From positions 103,307,175 through 103,348,466 of the forward strand of contig NC_068987.1 in the NCBI RefSeq assembly GCF_001194135.2: a stretch of DNA of 41,292 bases. Direction: 5' to 3'. Below, one piece after another: positions 1 to 12,798 of this stretch. Both the position numbers and the translations under genes were made by a program. The first letter of the stretch is position 1; every line of letters begins with the position of its first letter. This DNA is from Octopus bimaculoides. Lineage: Eukaryota. Below the pieces are notes generated by a model, which did no database searches, was not told where the DNA came from, and saw nothing but the letters and a program-made list of their open reading frames with translations.

Positions 1-5
1 CATGA

Positions 6-14
6 TGATAGATG

Positions 15-88
<74 letters not shown>

Positions 89-165
89 CTAATAGATAGA
101 TAGATAAATAGATAGCTAGATATATAAATAGACAGACAGACAGACAGACAGACAGATAGATAGAC

Positions 166-229
<64 letters not shown>
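6..229. repeat. (GATA)n/(GACA)n tetranucleotide microsatellite
   Basis: Direct reading: long GATA run with a GACA interruption. Confidence 0.98.
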
Positions 230-524
230 CAACAGCGCATTAAGTTCTATTCATGTACAAACCTCACTCCCTTTCTCAGTAAAGTGTACTTAGTATCCTT
301 TTTCAAACCCAGACAGAAATCTTTCAAAACACCATTCCTATCACACACGGCTGAAAGTTTACAAACAAGTAACTTTACACCTATTATGACTTCTAGTACA
401 TGTCAATCACAGACCACCAGGATCGCTTTGATGTGAAACGCCGGCCCGGAGACATTTCTTTAGGACGGCGGGCCAAAATCTCAATCATATTTTCTTGATG
501 ATGTTTTCTTTGTTCTTTCGTCTC

Positions 525-549
525 CATTTCTCTTTCTCTCTTTCTCTCC

Positions 550-593
<44 letters not shown>

Positions 594-690
594 GTCTCAT
601 TCTTTCTCACCCTCTTTCTTTCTGTGTCTCATTTTCTCTCCTTCTTTCTCTCTCTCTCCCCTCGCTCTCTCTCTCTCTCTCTCTCCCTCT
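525..690. repeat. CT-rich polypyrimidine microsatellite
   Basis: (CT)n/(CTTT)n tract; source of the spurious ORF 495-716. Confidence 0.95.
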
Positions 691-1020
691 CTGTGAGTGA
701 GTTTGTGCGCTTGTAGATGCTTATCTGTGTGTGTCAGCGTTTATGTTTTTGCATGTGTAGGTGTATACGTGTGCAGGTCTGTGCACCCGCGCAGCTGATT
801 AAATTTTTTTTACGTGTGCATGTGCCTGTGTATGTACATATATCGGCATTTTTAATTATCAACAAATAATAAATGCCATTGGTACGGCTGATGTGACTCA
901 TGCGACTCATATGGAGCAAATGTAGGTTAAGAGTTTCTTATACGAATAATTCAAACAGGATGAGCGCAGGGACCAACCTTTCTACAGTCTTCCGAATATT
1001 TTTATAAACAAGATTTTCTA

Positions 1021-1173
1021 AATTGGCAAAGTTGCTAGAACGTCCAACGAAACACTTGGCAATACATTTTTTTTTTGGTGGTGGTGGGAGGTTGGGTAGC
1101 AGGGATTCGTATTTCAAATCCCTCCGTAGTTAGTTTTGCCTTGCTACCTTTCTGGATCTGATAAATAAAGTAT
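1021..1173 (+). mobile_element. Old, degenerate copy of the type-A tRNA-derived SINE
   Basis: TTGGCAAAGTTGCTAGAACG...TTCAAATCCCTCCG...TTTGCCTTGCTACCTTTCTGG...GATAAATAAAGTATC aligns by eye with the cleaner copies at 5703-5903 (reverse) and 12359; a GT-rich patch interrupts it. Confidence 0.45.
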
Positions 1174-1869
1174 CTCTCCTAAAGAAAAATGAGCAGAAGA
1201 AATCAATAAGTGTCTACGAGTACCTTGTGGTATATGTTTCAGCGTGTCAAGCTCAAATCGTGTCGTGATGTACTAGGATGGTTACTTATCTCCATTGTTC
1301 AGTCTAATATCACCCAACCTGATAACTTAATGGAGTCTAGCATTTTGGTTAATTCTCCAGTTTCAAGATAGCTTCGTTCCTGCAACCGACTTGGGACCCC
1401 AATAAAAGCTCATGTGCACCACCCTTGTTCTGGCTAAGCAATGAAATAATTGCCCCAAGCTCAAATATGGATAACGTATTTCACATATTCTTCTGAAATA
1501 AATTGTAAGCTACATCATATTATGTTTATTAATTATGTCTTTAACATCATTTTCAGTATTTAATACATGATATATTGAACACATATATAGTCATACTGTC
1601 AAATGAACCTTGGATAATATTTTCATACGTTCTCAGCAAAAAGGAAACTGTGGCGCATCGAACTGTTTCCTGATCATCATAAATCGTAATGCATTTGCAT
1701 GCATAAAAACAGTTATACAGAAGATGCAGCTTAGTTTACGCTTAAGATAATTCACAGTTAATTTCTAGTTTAAAACTAGTAAAACTATCCGTTTATGCAA
1801 TGAGGATGCTTTCGAAATATCATTATACAAACACATATTTTAAAAATATGTGTAGATTTTACAGTATCT

Positions 1870-2300
1870 TTTCTATCGTGTTGAAAAAGGCCCGGATTAT
1901 GCGCTGGGCATAACAACTCGATTCCCTTAAATTCCTGGTGTTCGTTCGGGTTTGTTCGAGTTGTATGAAGTCTTGCGTTATTTTGCTGCATAAGATCTCC
2001 CTTTCTGTCAACCAGCGCTGGGTATTTTTGCTTCACAATGGCATTCATCAGCTGCAGCTGTCCGGAGTTCTGGGTGACATCGACGGTTCCTTCGTTCGGA
2101 ACGAACTCATAGTGAATTATTCCTTCGTAACACTACCAGACGCAGAGCATCGTCTTATGTTCGAAACGCCCATGATCGGCGACAGTTTCCGGAAGCTGGC
2201 TCAGTTTTAACCACTGCTTACGCACGTTGGGACTGCGGAGACATATCTCAGTAGGACTATTCGTTGTTCCTAATCGTCGCTCACTTCTTGAGCTCGCGTG
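1870..2300 (-). mobile_element. Mariner (DD34D) transposase relic, internally deleted
   Basis: Minus strand reads PREL..., then PNVRKQWLKLSQLPETVADHGRFEHKTMLCVW*CYEGIIHYEFVPN...MNAIVKQKYPALVDRKGDLMQQNNARLH...IELLCPAHNPGLFQHD. These match the mariner motifs WVPHEL, MLCVWW.YEGIIH, QDNARPH and HPAYSPDLAPSD. I count 34 residues between the second (D>N) and third catalytic positions. Confidence 0.88.
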
Positions 2301-2374
2301 GTGGTGGTGGTGGTGGTGGTGGTGGAGGTGCTGCTACTGCTGCTACTGCTGCTGCTGCTGCTGCTGCGGCTGCT
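2298..2374. repeat. (GGT)n(GCT)n compound trinucleotide microsatellite
   Basis: Direct reading; abuts the 5' break of the mariner fragment. Confidence 0.95.
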
Positions 2375-2929
2375 AATCATCGTTTTAGGGTGATGTTTTA
2401 GTGCAGTAAGTCCGTGTTCTCAAATTAACTTGGCTTCATCTGGAAAATTATCATGAAATGTATCGTACCCTGAAGATTCATCCCTGGACATTCTACCCAC
2501 ATAGGAAAAGCAATAATCACTCTACAAAACGATAGAGAAGCGATTCTTCAGATTATCTGTAATTTCGAAAACGAGAAAGAGTAGAACAGCTGATTAAACC
2601 CACTCCACCAGCCACCAATGCAGATAGATTAAACAGAAAAAAGACCTCGATGTTGCTTGAACTTGAGATGTATAGGAGCGAAACCATACGTCATAAATAC
2701 ACAAGTAGCAGGGAACGCAAGAAAGTTAATTATAAAGATTATGGGTAAATGGAAACTGAAATAAAGTTTTGTACTCGGGAAGATGTGAGAAATTTTAAGA
2801 TCTCTAGATGAATATATCATAGCGATAGATTGTTCCCTGTGTTTTTGTTAGAAGCATAATAATTTAGTATTAACAAGACTGGTAACACAGACACAAACTC
2901 ACACATATACGGGCGCATATATGGATGTA

Positions 2930-3037
2930 TACATAATATGTATAAACGTTTATACATAGATATCATAGCTATGTATATGTGTGTGTGTGTGTGTGTGCGC
3001 GTGTTCGTGTGCGTGTGCGTGTATTTAGATATATATA

Positions 3038-3071
<34 letters not shown>

Positions 3072-3262
3072 CCAACATACATATATGAATATCATATGTA
3101 TATATAAACACACACACATATATATAATGTAATATATATCTATGTATCTATGCATAAATACATACATCATACATATTTACATGGACACATGCACTGTATG
3201 TGTGAGTACGTGTGGGGTGAAGGTGTGTGTGTGTTTATGTGTGTGTGCGTACGTGCGTGCTT
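2930..3262. repeat. Compound (TA)/(TG)/(CATA) microsatellite field
   Basis: Direct reading. Confidence 0.9.
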
Positions 3263-3269
3263 GTAGAGT

Positions 3270-3791
3270 AGATCCCGTTTTATTTATGGATAACTGGAAG
3301 CTGTTGGTAAAATTGAAGATCAAATAGATTCTATAATGCAATGGTCTGTATGGATTTAGGGAAGATATTGAAATGGAATTTGGGATTAAAAACTGTAGCG
3401 ATTTAATAATGGTGAAAGGAAAATTGTTCGAAGTATTGAGATAGATTGTTGGATAAAGAAATTATCACTTAGCTAAATATAGAAGGTCATAAATACTTAG
3501 GTATAAAATACATACAACACATCGTCACACACGCACACACACACATCCATATTTAGGCCCGTATGTGAATATGTATGCAAACATACATACGTACGCGCAT
3601 ATACGCGCATTCATACATACATGCAGTCACATGCGTATTCATGTACGGGCGTATATACAAATATAAGTGAAAAATTGCATACGTACATAATTTTCTGTGA
3701 ATGATTGGAAGAATGAAGACAGACAGATAGACAGACAGACAAACAAACAGACAAACAGACAGATAGACAGACAGATAGCTAGCTAGCTAGC

Positions 3792-3835
<44 letters not shown>

Positions 3836-5200
3836 AAGACAAACAGACTGACAGACAGACAGACGGACGGACAGACGGACAGACAGACAGACAAAGATTT
3901 AATGCAGGAGAGGTAATCAGAATAAAAGGTTTCTTTTGATAGTATAACTGCATCATCAATCCCCATATTATTCTTCAAAATTTATGTTAGCGAGAGATTT
4001 GTTGGAGTTCGAGAAGTTACTCCGACACCAAATGTTACAACTATCCCTCTACATTTAGGTAAGAAATGTTATACACATAGCTATGTTTATTACTCCTTTT
4101 TTTCTTAAGTTCATAAAGTTAAATGTAATAAAGGATTGAAGAAATCATACGACTTCCTTTGAAATATTTTGTAATGTTATATCTATATTCGTTAGACGCC
4201 ACAAATAAGGTTGCAGCAATTTCTACTCAACTAGCAACAGGTTTAGGCCAATTTCTTCTACAATTTCCATTCAAGAGGACATTCACACCAGAGGCTGCCC
4301 TTGCTACCGCGAGATGCCATTTGCGTATAATAAAACTATGAATATATAATTATGCATAAAAATGAAATAAAATTACGTTCGCATATATTTCATCTATTTA
4401 TCAGTATTTAACGTGAAACCTCTGCAACCTCTTGCAGAGAGATAGAGATCCTGAGAACCCCGGCTAGGAAACGCTACTATAAAATGTCAGAAGTTTAGTA
4501 GATTATCTCTTGCTCAAAGAGTAATAGCAGAAATTTATCAGTAATCAGGTTGTAGATGTTACAAAGAATTTGTTGACTCAATATCTTGTACTGTACTATC
4601 AAGAAATGAATCAAAAGTGTATGAAATAGTATGTGTCATTTGTGACTTTGCTATCGTTAGACAAACTAACAGTGAAACATGTATGAGGTCGAACGACCTA
4701 ACAGAAACAAAAGAAATATCTACATCAAATCATAGACTATCGTTTTAATAAAGCCAAAGGCACTTTAGATGATGTAGCCATATATACAACTGTACTAAGT
4801 GAATACAAACCCAACATGATCACACATAGAATACATTTGATCAAAGGACTATTGAATTAAGTCGACCTGAGACTAAACACTAGCAAATACTACGATGGTA
4901 TAAATAGATAAAGTGTACAAGACCTGATATCGTTGTAGTGAAAAAAAGAAAGATCAAACAAATGTGAAATAACTGATATGATATTTGAGAACACTACGTA
5001 TTATGTTGTATAGTAATTATGAAGCGAAATATTGCAAATACGAGATCTCTGAGAAGATAACTGTAATACCTATAATGATTAGGATCTCTAGATATAGTCA
5101 TATAAAATACTAGAAAGATAATAATTAATCAGAATAGACACCAAAATAAGGATAAACAACGTAATTCATAATGAAGTTTTAAAATGCACAAATGGTTTAG
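3270..5200 (+). mobile_element. Decayed non-LTR retrotransposon with RT and C-terminal restriction-like endonuclease (R4/Dong-like), interrupted by microsatellites
   Basis: Frameshifted motifs occur in the expected order: LFMDN.KL (3280-3294, RT FMDD), GKIEDQIDSI, EDIEMEFGIKNC, EGHKYLGI (about 3485-3505), LDATNKVAAIST (about 4190), CRCYKE (about 4550, zinc-knuckle-like), RPDIVVVKK (4920), KCEITDMI and ITVIPIMI (about 5057). Confidence 0.75.
3718..3893. repeat. (GACA)n/(GCTA)n/(GATA)n microsatellite
   Basis: Direct reading; lies inside the LINE relic. Confidence 0.95.
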
Positions 5201-5537
5201 CTTTCTATGTGTGGCATCAAATAAATTATGTATAAAATGCGGGACCAAAACCTACATGTAATTTGCTACTTGAATCAGTTAACTTCATAAAGAGTCATTC
5301 GATCAACAAATAGAGGATTATAGGGAAGACTTAATTCTCTTCAGTAGTTATATCTTCTGCAGCAGGTGGATAAAGAGTAACTTTTTCACATTATCAGGTG
5401 TTGTGCACTTTATCCATTTATTATTGTTGTAGTATTTCCTATGATAATGTAAAGTGACATAGTTAAATAGTACATGACATTCAAAAGCTAATAATGATAA
5501 AAATAACAATAATGATTTTATTATTAATTTTTTTGTT

Positions 5538-5671
5538 TTTCAAATTTTTTCCACAAGGACAGCTTCCACAAAGTCGACCTCGGCTGAATTTGAAATCAGA
5601 TTGCAAAGACGGACGAAATGCCGCTAAGCATTTTGTCCGGCGTGCTAACGATTCTGCCAGCTCTTCGCCTT
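5538..5671 (-). mobile_element. Type-A tRNA-derived SINE, internally deleted
   Basis: Reverse strand begins AAGGCGAAGAGCTGGCAGAATCGTTAG (A-box-like), with a B-box-like TTCAAATTC and GAGGTCGACTTTG joined directly to the tail. Confidence 0.8.
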
Positions 5672-5702
5672 CTTAATGATCACAACAATCCTTTTTGTTA
5701 TA

Positions 5703-5903
5703 TGTACAAAGCTTGAAATTTTGAGGGAGAGGACTAGTTGATCACGTCGACCCCAGTGTTTCACTGGTACTTAATTTATCCTCCCCGAAAGGATGAAAGG
5801 GAAAGTCGACCTCAGCGGAATTTGAACTCAGAGCGTAGCGACGGACGAAATGCCACTGAGCATTTTGTCCGGCGTGCTAAAGATTCTGTCAGCTCTCCAC
5901 CTT
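5703..5903 (-). mobile_element. Type-A tRNA-derived SINE, near full length
   Basis: Reverse strand has an A box, GAGTTCAAATTCC B box, central GGTCGACTTTCCCTTTCATCCTTTCGGGG...AAGTACCAG (resembles the Meta/MESC-type domain, from memory) and tail. Confidence 0.88.
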
Positions 5904-6099
5904 CTTAATAATCATAATAACAGCAGCTTCAAATTTTTACCACAAGATATATCAAAATTTTGGTAAACTGATTAATTAGACAAAATAAGCATATATATCT
6001 ACATAAACAGAAATGAAGGAATGGAAATATAAACGAATTAGGATAATTGCGCCACGCATTCGCTGAGAAGCTATGTTCTTGTTTTACTAGAGCACCCTA

Positions 6100-7350
6100 T
6101 AAACTGATTTCTTTGTTTTCATGTACTCTGCAACCAATTAATGAAAATAGTCGATCATGGTCGAGTTCGTGAGCATCTTATTTGTCAGAATAGGAGAGCA
6201 AGAATCTACATCTTAATGATAAATATATCAGAGCAGTCCATAGCCTTATAAAATGGTTTATCACCAACAGTTTATTTCTTCGTTGCTATACCGAACTGGA
6301 GCCCTTCTTCTCACAAATCCGCCTTTGATCTTTCGGTAGATTTTATTACAAACCTTTTATATCATCGTTTCTCATAACACGCACACGGTTCCCTAGGACA
6401 GATTCTGTTCTTATCGGGATTGGAAAGGGGGCGGATCAATACCCATGTTTAATAGAATTAAGTTCGTTTTAAACCTTTTAAAGTTCTCCCACACTGTAGC
6501 AAAGAGAGAATTACATGGATGTAATATCTATTTTGTTTTCTAATAAACAAAGAAAAGTAGAGTAAAAATTTCACTATTTTGGTTTTTATTGGCAAGAGGC
6601 ACAGTTATTGTCAGTTTAAGGACTACTGGTGTACATTGCTCATCAACTGGCTGCCTGTTCTACGAAATCCTATAAGCAACACGTTTTCAAGAGCAGATAG
6701 CTCCTCCAAAAACATTCTGCTTGCCTTTCTTTTGGATACACTTGTTAAAGGATTTTGCATTTATTTTTTTACTTTCTCCACTCCCATCGATAGAATTCCA
6801 TTATTATTTGTAGGTCGTCTTTTCCCCAATACCTCTTATGATATCGTGGTGTTGGATATTGAAGCGAAGTGGGCGCTTGAACTTGGGTTTCTGAAACCGA
6901 TGGTGAAACGATTTTTCTTTTTTTGCATGTTGGCTATCACCGGTTTTGCAAACAGTGGTGCGTCAAGATGTACTCTGGGAACAGTAGTCTCTAACACCTG
7001 CTCTAATTACTGCCTGTTGCTTTCTCTTCTTTTTTGCCTTTCCCGGCGATAAACCGATGTTTAATATTATCAAATATGTTTTTCATTATAACTCTAGAGC
7101 TACATCACCCATGAATTATGTCACAAGTCTATGAGCAAATGTATGATACATTCTCGTCTCGTCTTTATTTTGTCAGAGCTCCCTCCATTTTTTGCACTAA
7201 GAGTATTAAGAGAGGATTTTAAGAACATAGAAAATGCGGAAAATATGAACTTTCTGCTTTGCCCTTATTTGGATAAGGACCTCAGATAAAGGAAGCATTT
7301 CTTTTCTTCATATTTCCCTGAAGATTATTTTCTCTGAAATACCATATATA
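6100..7350 (-). pseudogene. Possible C-terminal relic of a tyrosine-recombinase (Crypton-like) element with SANT-like repeats
   Basis: Broken minus-strand frames: IQIRAKQKVHIF, LKSSLNTLSAKNG, FMGDVA (about 7100-7120), HKRYWGKDDLQIIMEFY (6790-6840), KVCNKIYRKIKGGFVRRRAPVRYSNEEINC (about 6264-6356). The similarity is from memory only and is weak. Confidence 0.22.
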
Positions 7351-7794
7351 TTTATTCCTTTTCTATTATTGTGACATTAGCGAAAAATTGTTGGAACACT
7401 ATTTCGTATTGCTCAAAACAACATTTTGAAATTAAAATTATTTTTTATTTTTGTTAAATGCGAGTATTATTATTGTTGATGCTGTTGTTACATTTGTTTA
7501 TGTTATGAAATTGTGCATTTTCTGGAGGTGTGAAAATGTGATTACGTGTGTTTATGAGTGAATCTATTTCGTTGTCATTTTTTCTGTGTTGTGAATTCTG
7601 TTTATTTTCCTTACATTTGTTTTCTTGTATTCGACAATTATTTCTGGCAGTAAATAACCAGTGCTACTCTATTATCGCTCACTGCTCTTCTAATAAAGGA
7701 AGTCATATTGAATATATTCTAAACATTTTTTTGGAAATATGTAAAGTATTGTTTAAAAGTAAATGGATAAAAGCATAAGCTTGTTACGGGTATG

Positions 7795-8100
7795 GAAGAC
7801 GAGAACGAATCGGTTACAAACGTCACAGGCATTAGTCAAAAACTGGTACGATAATATCTGTACTATGACAAACATTACCATATTTCCCCGGAAGAATGTA
7901 GATAAACTATAAATAGCAGGCTTTCATGCTGAAATAACCAGGATATAAGGCTTGAAAGTGGAAACAGTATCAATGATTAATGGAGAAGCAGGTCTAACAA
8001 GAACTATTAATGAAAATAGAAAATTATACCAGGGCTCACGAGGGTTACACACTCTCCAAAAGATAATCCTGATAAATACAGATCATATCCAACACAGGAC
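7795..8100 (+). mobile_element. Second 3' relic of the REL-endonuclease LINE, internally deleted
   Basis: Frames give NESVTNVTGISQKLVR*Y (cf. ETV.HIVSECQKLAQKEY), AEITRI*GLKVETVSMINGEAG (cf. EITRMW.LKT..VPIIIGALG) and LQKIILINTDHI (cf. IQKIALLGTAHI). Confidence 0.62.
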
Positions 8101-8700
8101 ACGTTAAATTGAATAGCACATCTCGAACTAAACGTTATTTGTACAAAACTAATACTATAACAATCCAGTTCACATCACGAATTATCTACGTCTTCATCGG
8201 TAAACAATATAGCACAATGCATTCCTTTACCCAATCGATACTCAATTCTCCCTACATACTATACCTTAATCAACTAAACACAGCCTGTATATTATTCCTA
8301 CTCGATACCAGAAGATAGCATATACGACACTAATGCCACCGCAACAAAATCGCTAGCATGGCACATAATCTGCACCACTAACGGATCATTAAAATGACAC
8401 CAAAAACTACAAAACTCCCTCAATATAGTACACTTGATGTCGTATACAAACACAGTTCTACAATCGCAATAGAACAATGCTATATATTCATCAAGTACAA
8501 GACTGTGAAATATTTGGTAGTGCAATGGAAACAAATAAAACTGTTATACAATTATTAGAGCAGTTTTAGTAAGTTTCATAAAAACGTGTGGCACGATTTT
8601 ATGTCCTTGAGTAGCAATAGTCATTTTCTGTTTGCTTACCCGTAGAGAGTATGAAAAATGGCTAATATTTCCTTCTCTGCATTGCTTTTGTTACATTTAT

Positions 8701-8870
8701 TCAAACCTCAAACTGTCCCGCTTAGCACATGGCTATGCTGTTCGTCCACTACTCCTGCTCGTGATCAGAGATGCACATATCGTCAGCCATTAAAGGACAT
8801 GCTCAACTGGTTAAGGTCAAACAACTGACAAGCAAATCTGTAGTACTGAGAAGAGTAATTGCTATAACGA
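8701..8870 (+). repeat. Partial copy of interspersed repeat D (3' part of the element at 32515-32960)
   Basis: CACATGGCTATG...ATGCACATATCGTCAGCCA...GGACATGCTCAACTGGTTAAGGTCAAACAA.TGACAAGCAAATCTGT is shared with 32801-32920. Confidence 0.9.
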
Positions 8871-9399
8871 CATTTCTGCTTAAGCAAGTCATCGCTGAAG
8901 CTTTCAGAAATGTGATGGAAAATAGATGAGTTTCAAAACATTGATGTCCAGGTCATAAAAGCAAAGTTTGAAGCGAGTAGTAGTCATTTCTTTTTATTTC
9001 TAGATAGAAACAAATAGGAAATAACATTTACTGACCAATGACAGAAAGACTTAAAATTTTGTTAACATGGTGTTATTATTATTATTACGTATCGTACTGA
9101 TAATAATGTTGCCTAACATAGATAAGGACCCATAAATTTTAGGTGAGAAGTGAAATATTTGTAATCGATTTCAGTGGGAATGGATATCGTGACACAAAAG
9201 GATGTAATCAATCAGAACCATTCGCTTAAATTTCGTAATTCGATACTTTCAATAATATAACTATTTGTACGAAATTCTATTGCGTGGCTGTCTGAAGGCA
9301 TTTTCCGTTGAAATTCAGTAACAGGTAATGTTTGTACACATTTATTAATTTCAAGAAATAAACCAGACAATGAAATCTGAGAATGTAATTAATATATAA

Positions 9400-9470
9400 A
9401 TGTGTGTGTGAGTGTGTGAGTACATACACACATGCATACACGTATGTACATATATATATATACATATGTA

Positions 9471-9508
<38 letters not shown>

Positions 9509-9780
9509 TACATATATACATATATATACATATAGATATATATCTATATATATGTGTGTGTGTGTGTAAATATACGTGTATGCATTCTTATGTACATATG
9601 TGTGTATCTATTTGTATGCATATATATATATATATATGTTTGTGTGTATGTACGTATATATGTTTATGTGCATATATATGTGTATGTACCTGTGTATTTT
9701 AGCGCGCGCTTGTCTCTATCTAATTTTCACACACACAGACAGATACACAAATATGTGTTTGTTTGTGTGAGTAAAGGTGT
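9400..9780. repeat. Compound (TA)/(TG) microsatellite field
   Basis: Direct reading. Confidence 0.92.
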
Positions 9781-10543
9781 GCGTGTACGTGTGCCTTTCT
9801 GTTTACATATACTACACACTACTGTCTATATAATAATGCTGATCAGAGATGAAGGGCAGATTCTGACTCGATACAGTGAAGCAGTAAAACAAAAAACAAA
9901 CATTTTTTTTTTTTTTTCACTTTTCTAAAACCCCTAGCAAAGGGTATACTTGAGCCTCTTAATTGTCTAAAAGAATGTTCTTAGTGACAGAGTGCAGTGC
10001 AGAGACTGTCGGAATTCTGAACACAATAACCGTTAAAGAAGACAGAAAAACAAAGACGCTGGTACTAATGGGAAAATAATTATATTTTGATAACGTCTTC
10101 CCTTACAACTTCTCAACAAACCTTGATAAAGACCATCACGTGATAATTATAGTGTTGTTACAATTTCTAGAGAATTCTTGCGTGATAAGATGATCAGTTG
10201 TACTAATATTGTGTATCCTTGCGAGTTTTTTTTTGAAATAAATACATAGAAATATATATATNNNNNNNNNNNNNNNNNNNNNNNNNNNNNNNNNNNNNNN
10301 NNNNNNNNNNNNNNNNNNNNNNNNNNNNNNNNNNNNNNNNNNNNNNNNNNNNNNNNNNNNNNNNNNNNNNNNNNNNNNNNNNNNNNNNNNNNNNNNNNNN
10401 NNNNNNNNNNNNNNNNNNNNNNNNNNNNNNNNNNNNNNNNNNNNNNNNNNNNNNNNNNNNNNNNNNNNNNNNNNNNNNNNNNNNNNNNNNNNNNNNNNNN
10501 NNNNNNNNNNNNNNNNNNNNNNNNNNNNNNNNNNNNNNNNNNN

Positions 10544-10586
<43 letters not shown>

Positions 10587-10817
10587 AGTGAATGCGTGTG
10601 TTGAAAGACATATTTATGTACTAACATGTGTATGAATGCATGTATTCAAGTGCATATATTTGCAAGTAAAAATGTAACTAGCATTAATAAGAATATATAA
10701 ATATGTGATCGTGTTGGTAAATATGCATTTATATGTATGTATATGTGTATGTCTATACAGAAACATACACGTATATGTATGCATGGTTATACAGAAATAG
10801 ACACGTTCATATATATA

Positions 10818-10868
<51 letters not shown>

Positions 10869-11909
10869 NNNNNNNNNNNNNNNNNNNNNNNNNNNNNNNN
10901 NNNNNNNNNNNNNNNNNNNNNNNNNNNNNNNNNNNNNNNNNNNNNNNNNNNNNNNNNNNNNNNNNNNNNNNNNNNNNNNNNNNNNNNNNNNNNNNNNNNN
11001 NNNNNNNNNNNNNNNNNNNNNNNNNNNNNNNNNNNNNNNNNNNNNNNNNNNNNNNNNNNNNNNNNNNNNNNNNNNNNNNNNNNNNNNNNNNNNNNNNNNN
11101 NNNNNNNNNNNNNNNNNNNNNNNNNNNNNNNNNNNNNNNNNNNNNNNNNNNNNNNNNNNNNNNNNNNNNNNNNNNNNNNNNNNNNNNNNNNNNNNNNNNN
11201 NNNNNNNNNNNNNNNNNNNNNNNNNNNNNNNNNNNNNNNNNNNNNNNNNNNNNNNNNNNNNNNNNNNNNNNNNNNNNNNNNNNNNNNNNNNNNNNNNNNN
11301 NNNNNNNNNNNNNNNNNNNNNNNNNNNNNNNNNNNNNNNNNNNNNNNNNNNNNNNNNNNNNNNNNNNNNNNNNNNNNNNNNNNNNNNNNNNNNNNNNNNN
11401 NNNNNNNNNNNNNNNNNNNNNATATATATATATGAGACAGAGACAGATAATATATATATACATATACATTACATATGCGTATAAACATATATACGCTCAC
11501 ATAGCTATGCGTATGGAAATGTGTTAACTAAATCTGATATATGTGCGCTGTTATAATATGTTTGTGTAAGCATATATGTGTGTACTTATAACCCATCAAA
11601 CACCGCGTTCTAATTCCAGTCAGTACTAACAGCTGCCTTCCGTGTAATGAAGCGACACGTTAGAGATTAAACGATGCATATGTCTCGTAATTCTTTAATC
11701 TTGAAGGAACAGAAGTGTAAGAGTTCGGATAGATGATGGAAGAATGTAAGGAAGATGGGGTAAGAGAAGGAGGGAATGTGAGGGGAGATAAAAAGCATAG
11801 ATGAAAGAATTGAGAATAAAGATTTGGTAATGAGGGTGATTGAGGGAGTGGGGGGTGTAAGAGACATTATGTACGTGGCCAGGATAAATGGTGAATTGAT
11901 TATCACCCC

Positions 11910-11928
11910 CCTCTCTCTCTCTCTCTCC

Positions 11929-12008
<80 letters not shown>

Positions 12009-12262
12009 GCATACTCACATACATACATATATACACATATACAGATATATAATTATGTATATATATATATATCTATATGTATACATATATATATACATAT
12101 ACATATTATATACGTATAATTATATTGTCTGTTTATATGTGTGTACATATATTTAAGTATGTACGCATATATGTGTGTGTGTGTGTGTGTGTGTTCATGT
12201 GTAATTGTGTGTGTCCGTCTGTGTGTGCGCGCAAGTATGTGTGTGTGTGTGTGTATATGTGT
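11910..12262. repeat. Compound (CT)/(TA)/(TG) microsatellite field
   Basis: Direct reading. Confidence 0.92.
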
Positions 12263-12358
12263 GTGTTTCTGAATCTAAATAATCAAAGGACATTCACACT
12301 TGAAAAGAAAATTCAAGGCATTAAAATGTAGAGTAATGTTTTAATTTATATACTGAAT

Positions 12359-12545
12359 TAAGGCGGTGATCTGGGTGAATCGTTAGTATGTCGAGCTAAA
12401 TGCTTATTGGCATTTCGTCCGTCTTTGCGTTCTGAGTTCAAATTCCGCTGAAGTCGATAAAATAATATCCAATTGAGCTGTGGAGTCGTTGTAATCGATT
12501 TCACCACTTCCCATTAAAAGCTAGTGACTTTGTAGCAAGATTAAT
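12359..12545 (+). mobile_element. Type-A tRNA-derived SINE with central deletion
   Basis: AAGGCGGTGATCTGGGTGAATCGTTAG head and GAGTTCAAATTCC B box; the GTCGAC...GTCGAT segment is collapsed, consistent with a GTCGA microhomology deletion. Confidence 0.85.
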
Positions 12546-12798
12546 AACCACTTTATAAACCGACAGTTGAATAATTGTACAACTTACTCGAAATCGGAAG
12601 GTATAATTCTATAGACTTTAATTCATGTGTTAAAGATGAGAATCCAATAATATTTCCTCTACTGGTCTCCAAGTCTTTGTACAATTCCTGGACTATATAC
12701 TAGCACACATTTATATGAATACACACGCACACATACACATACACACACACACACACATCTACTTTATTTATAGGTTAACAAGTCAACCAAAGTTTTCT

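Noticed and set aside
314-463. Possible exon after CCCAG (QKSFKTPFLSHTAES...)
   Set aside because: Weak acceptor and donor, and no homology.
6579-7052. 157-aa + strand ORF as a gene
   Set aside because: Starts at TTG, has no recognisable domain or splice context, and the more protein-like peptides are on the opposite strand.
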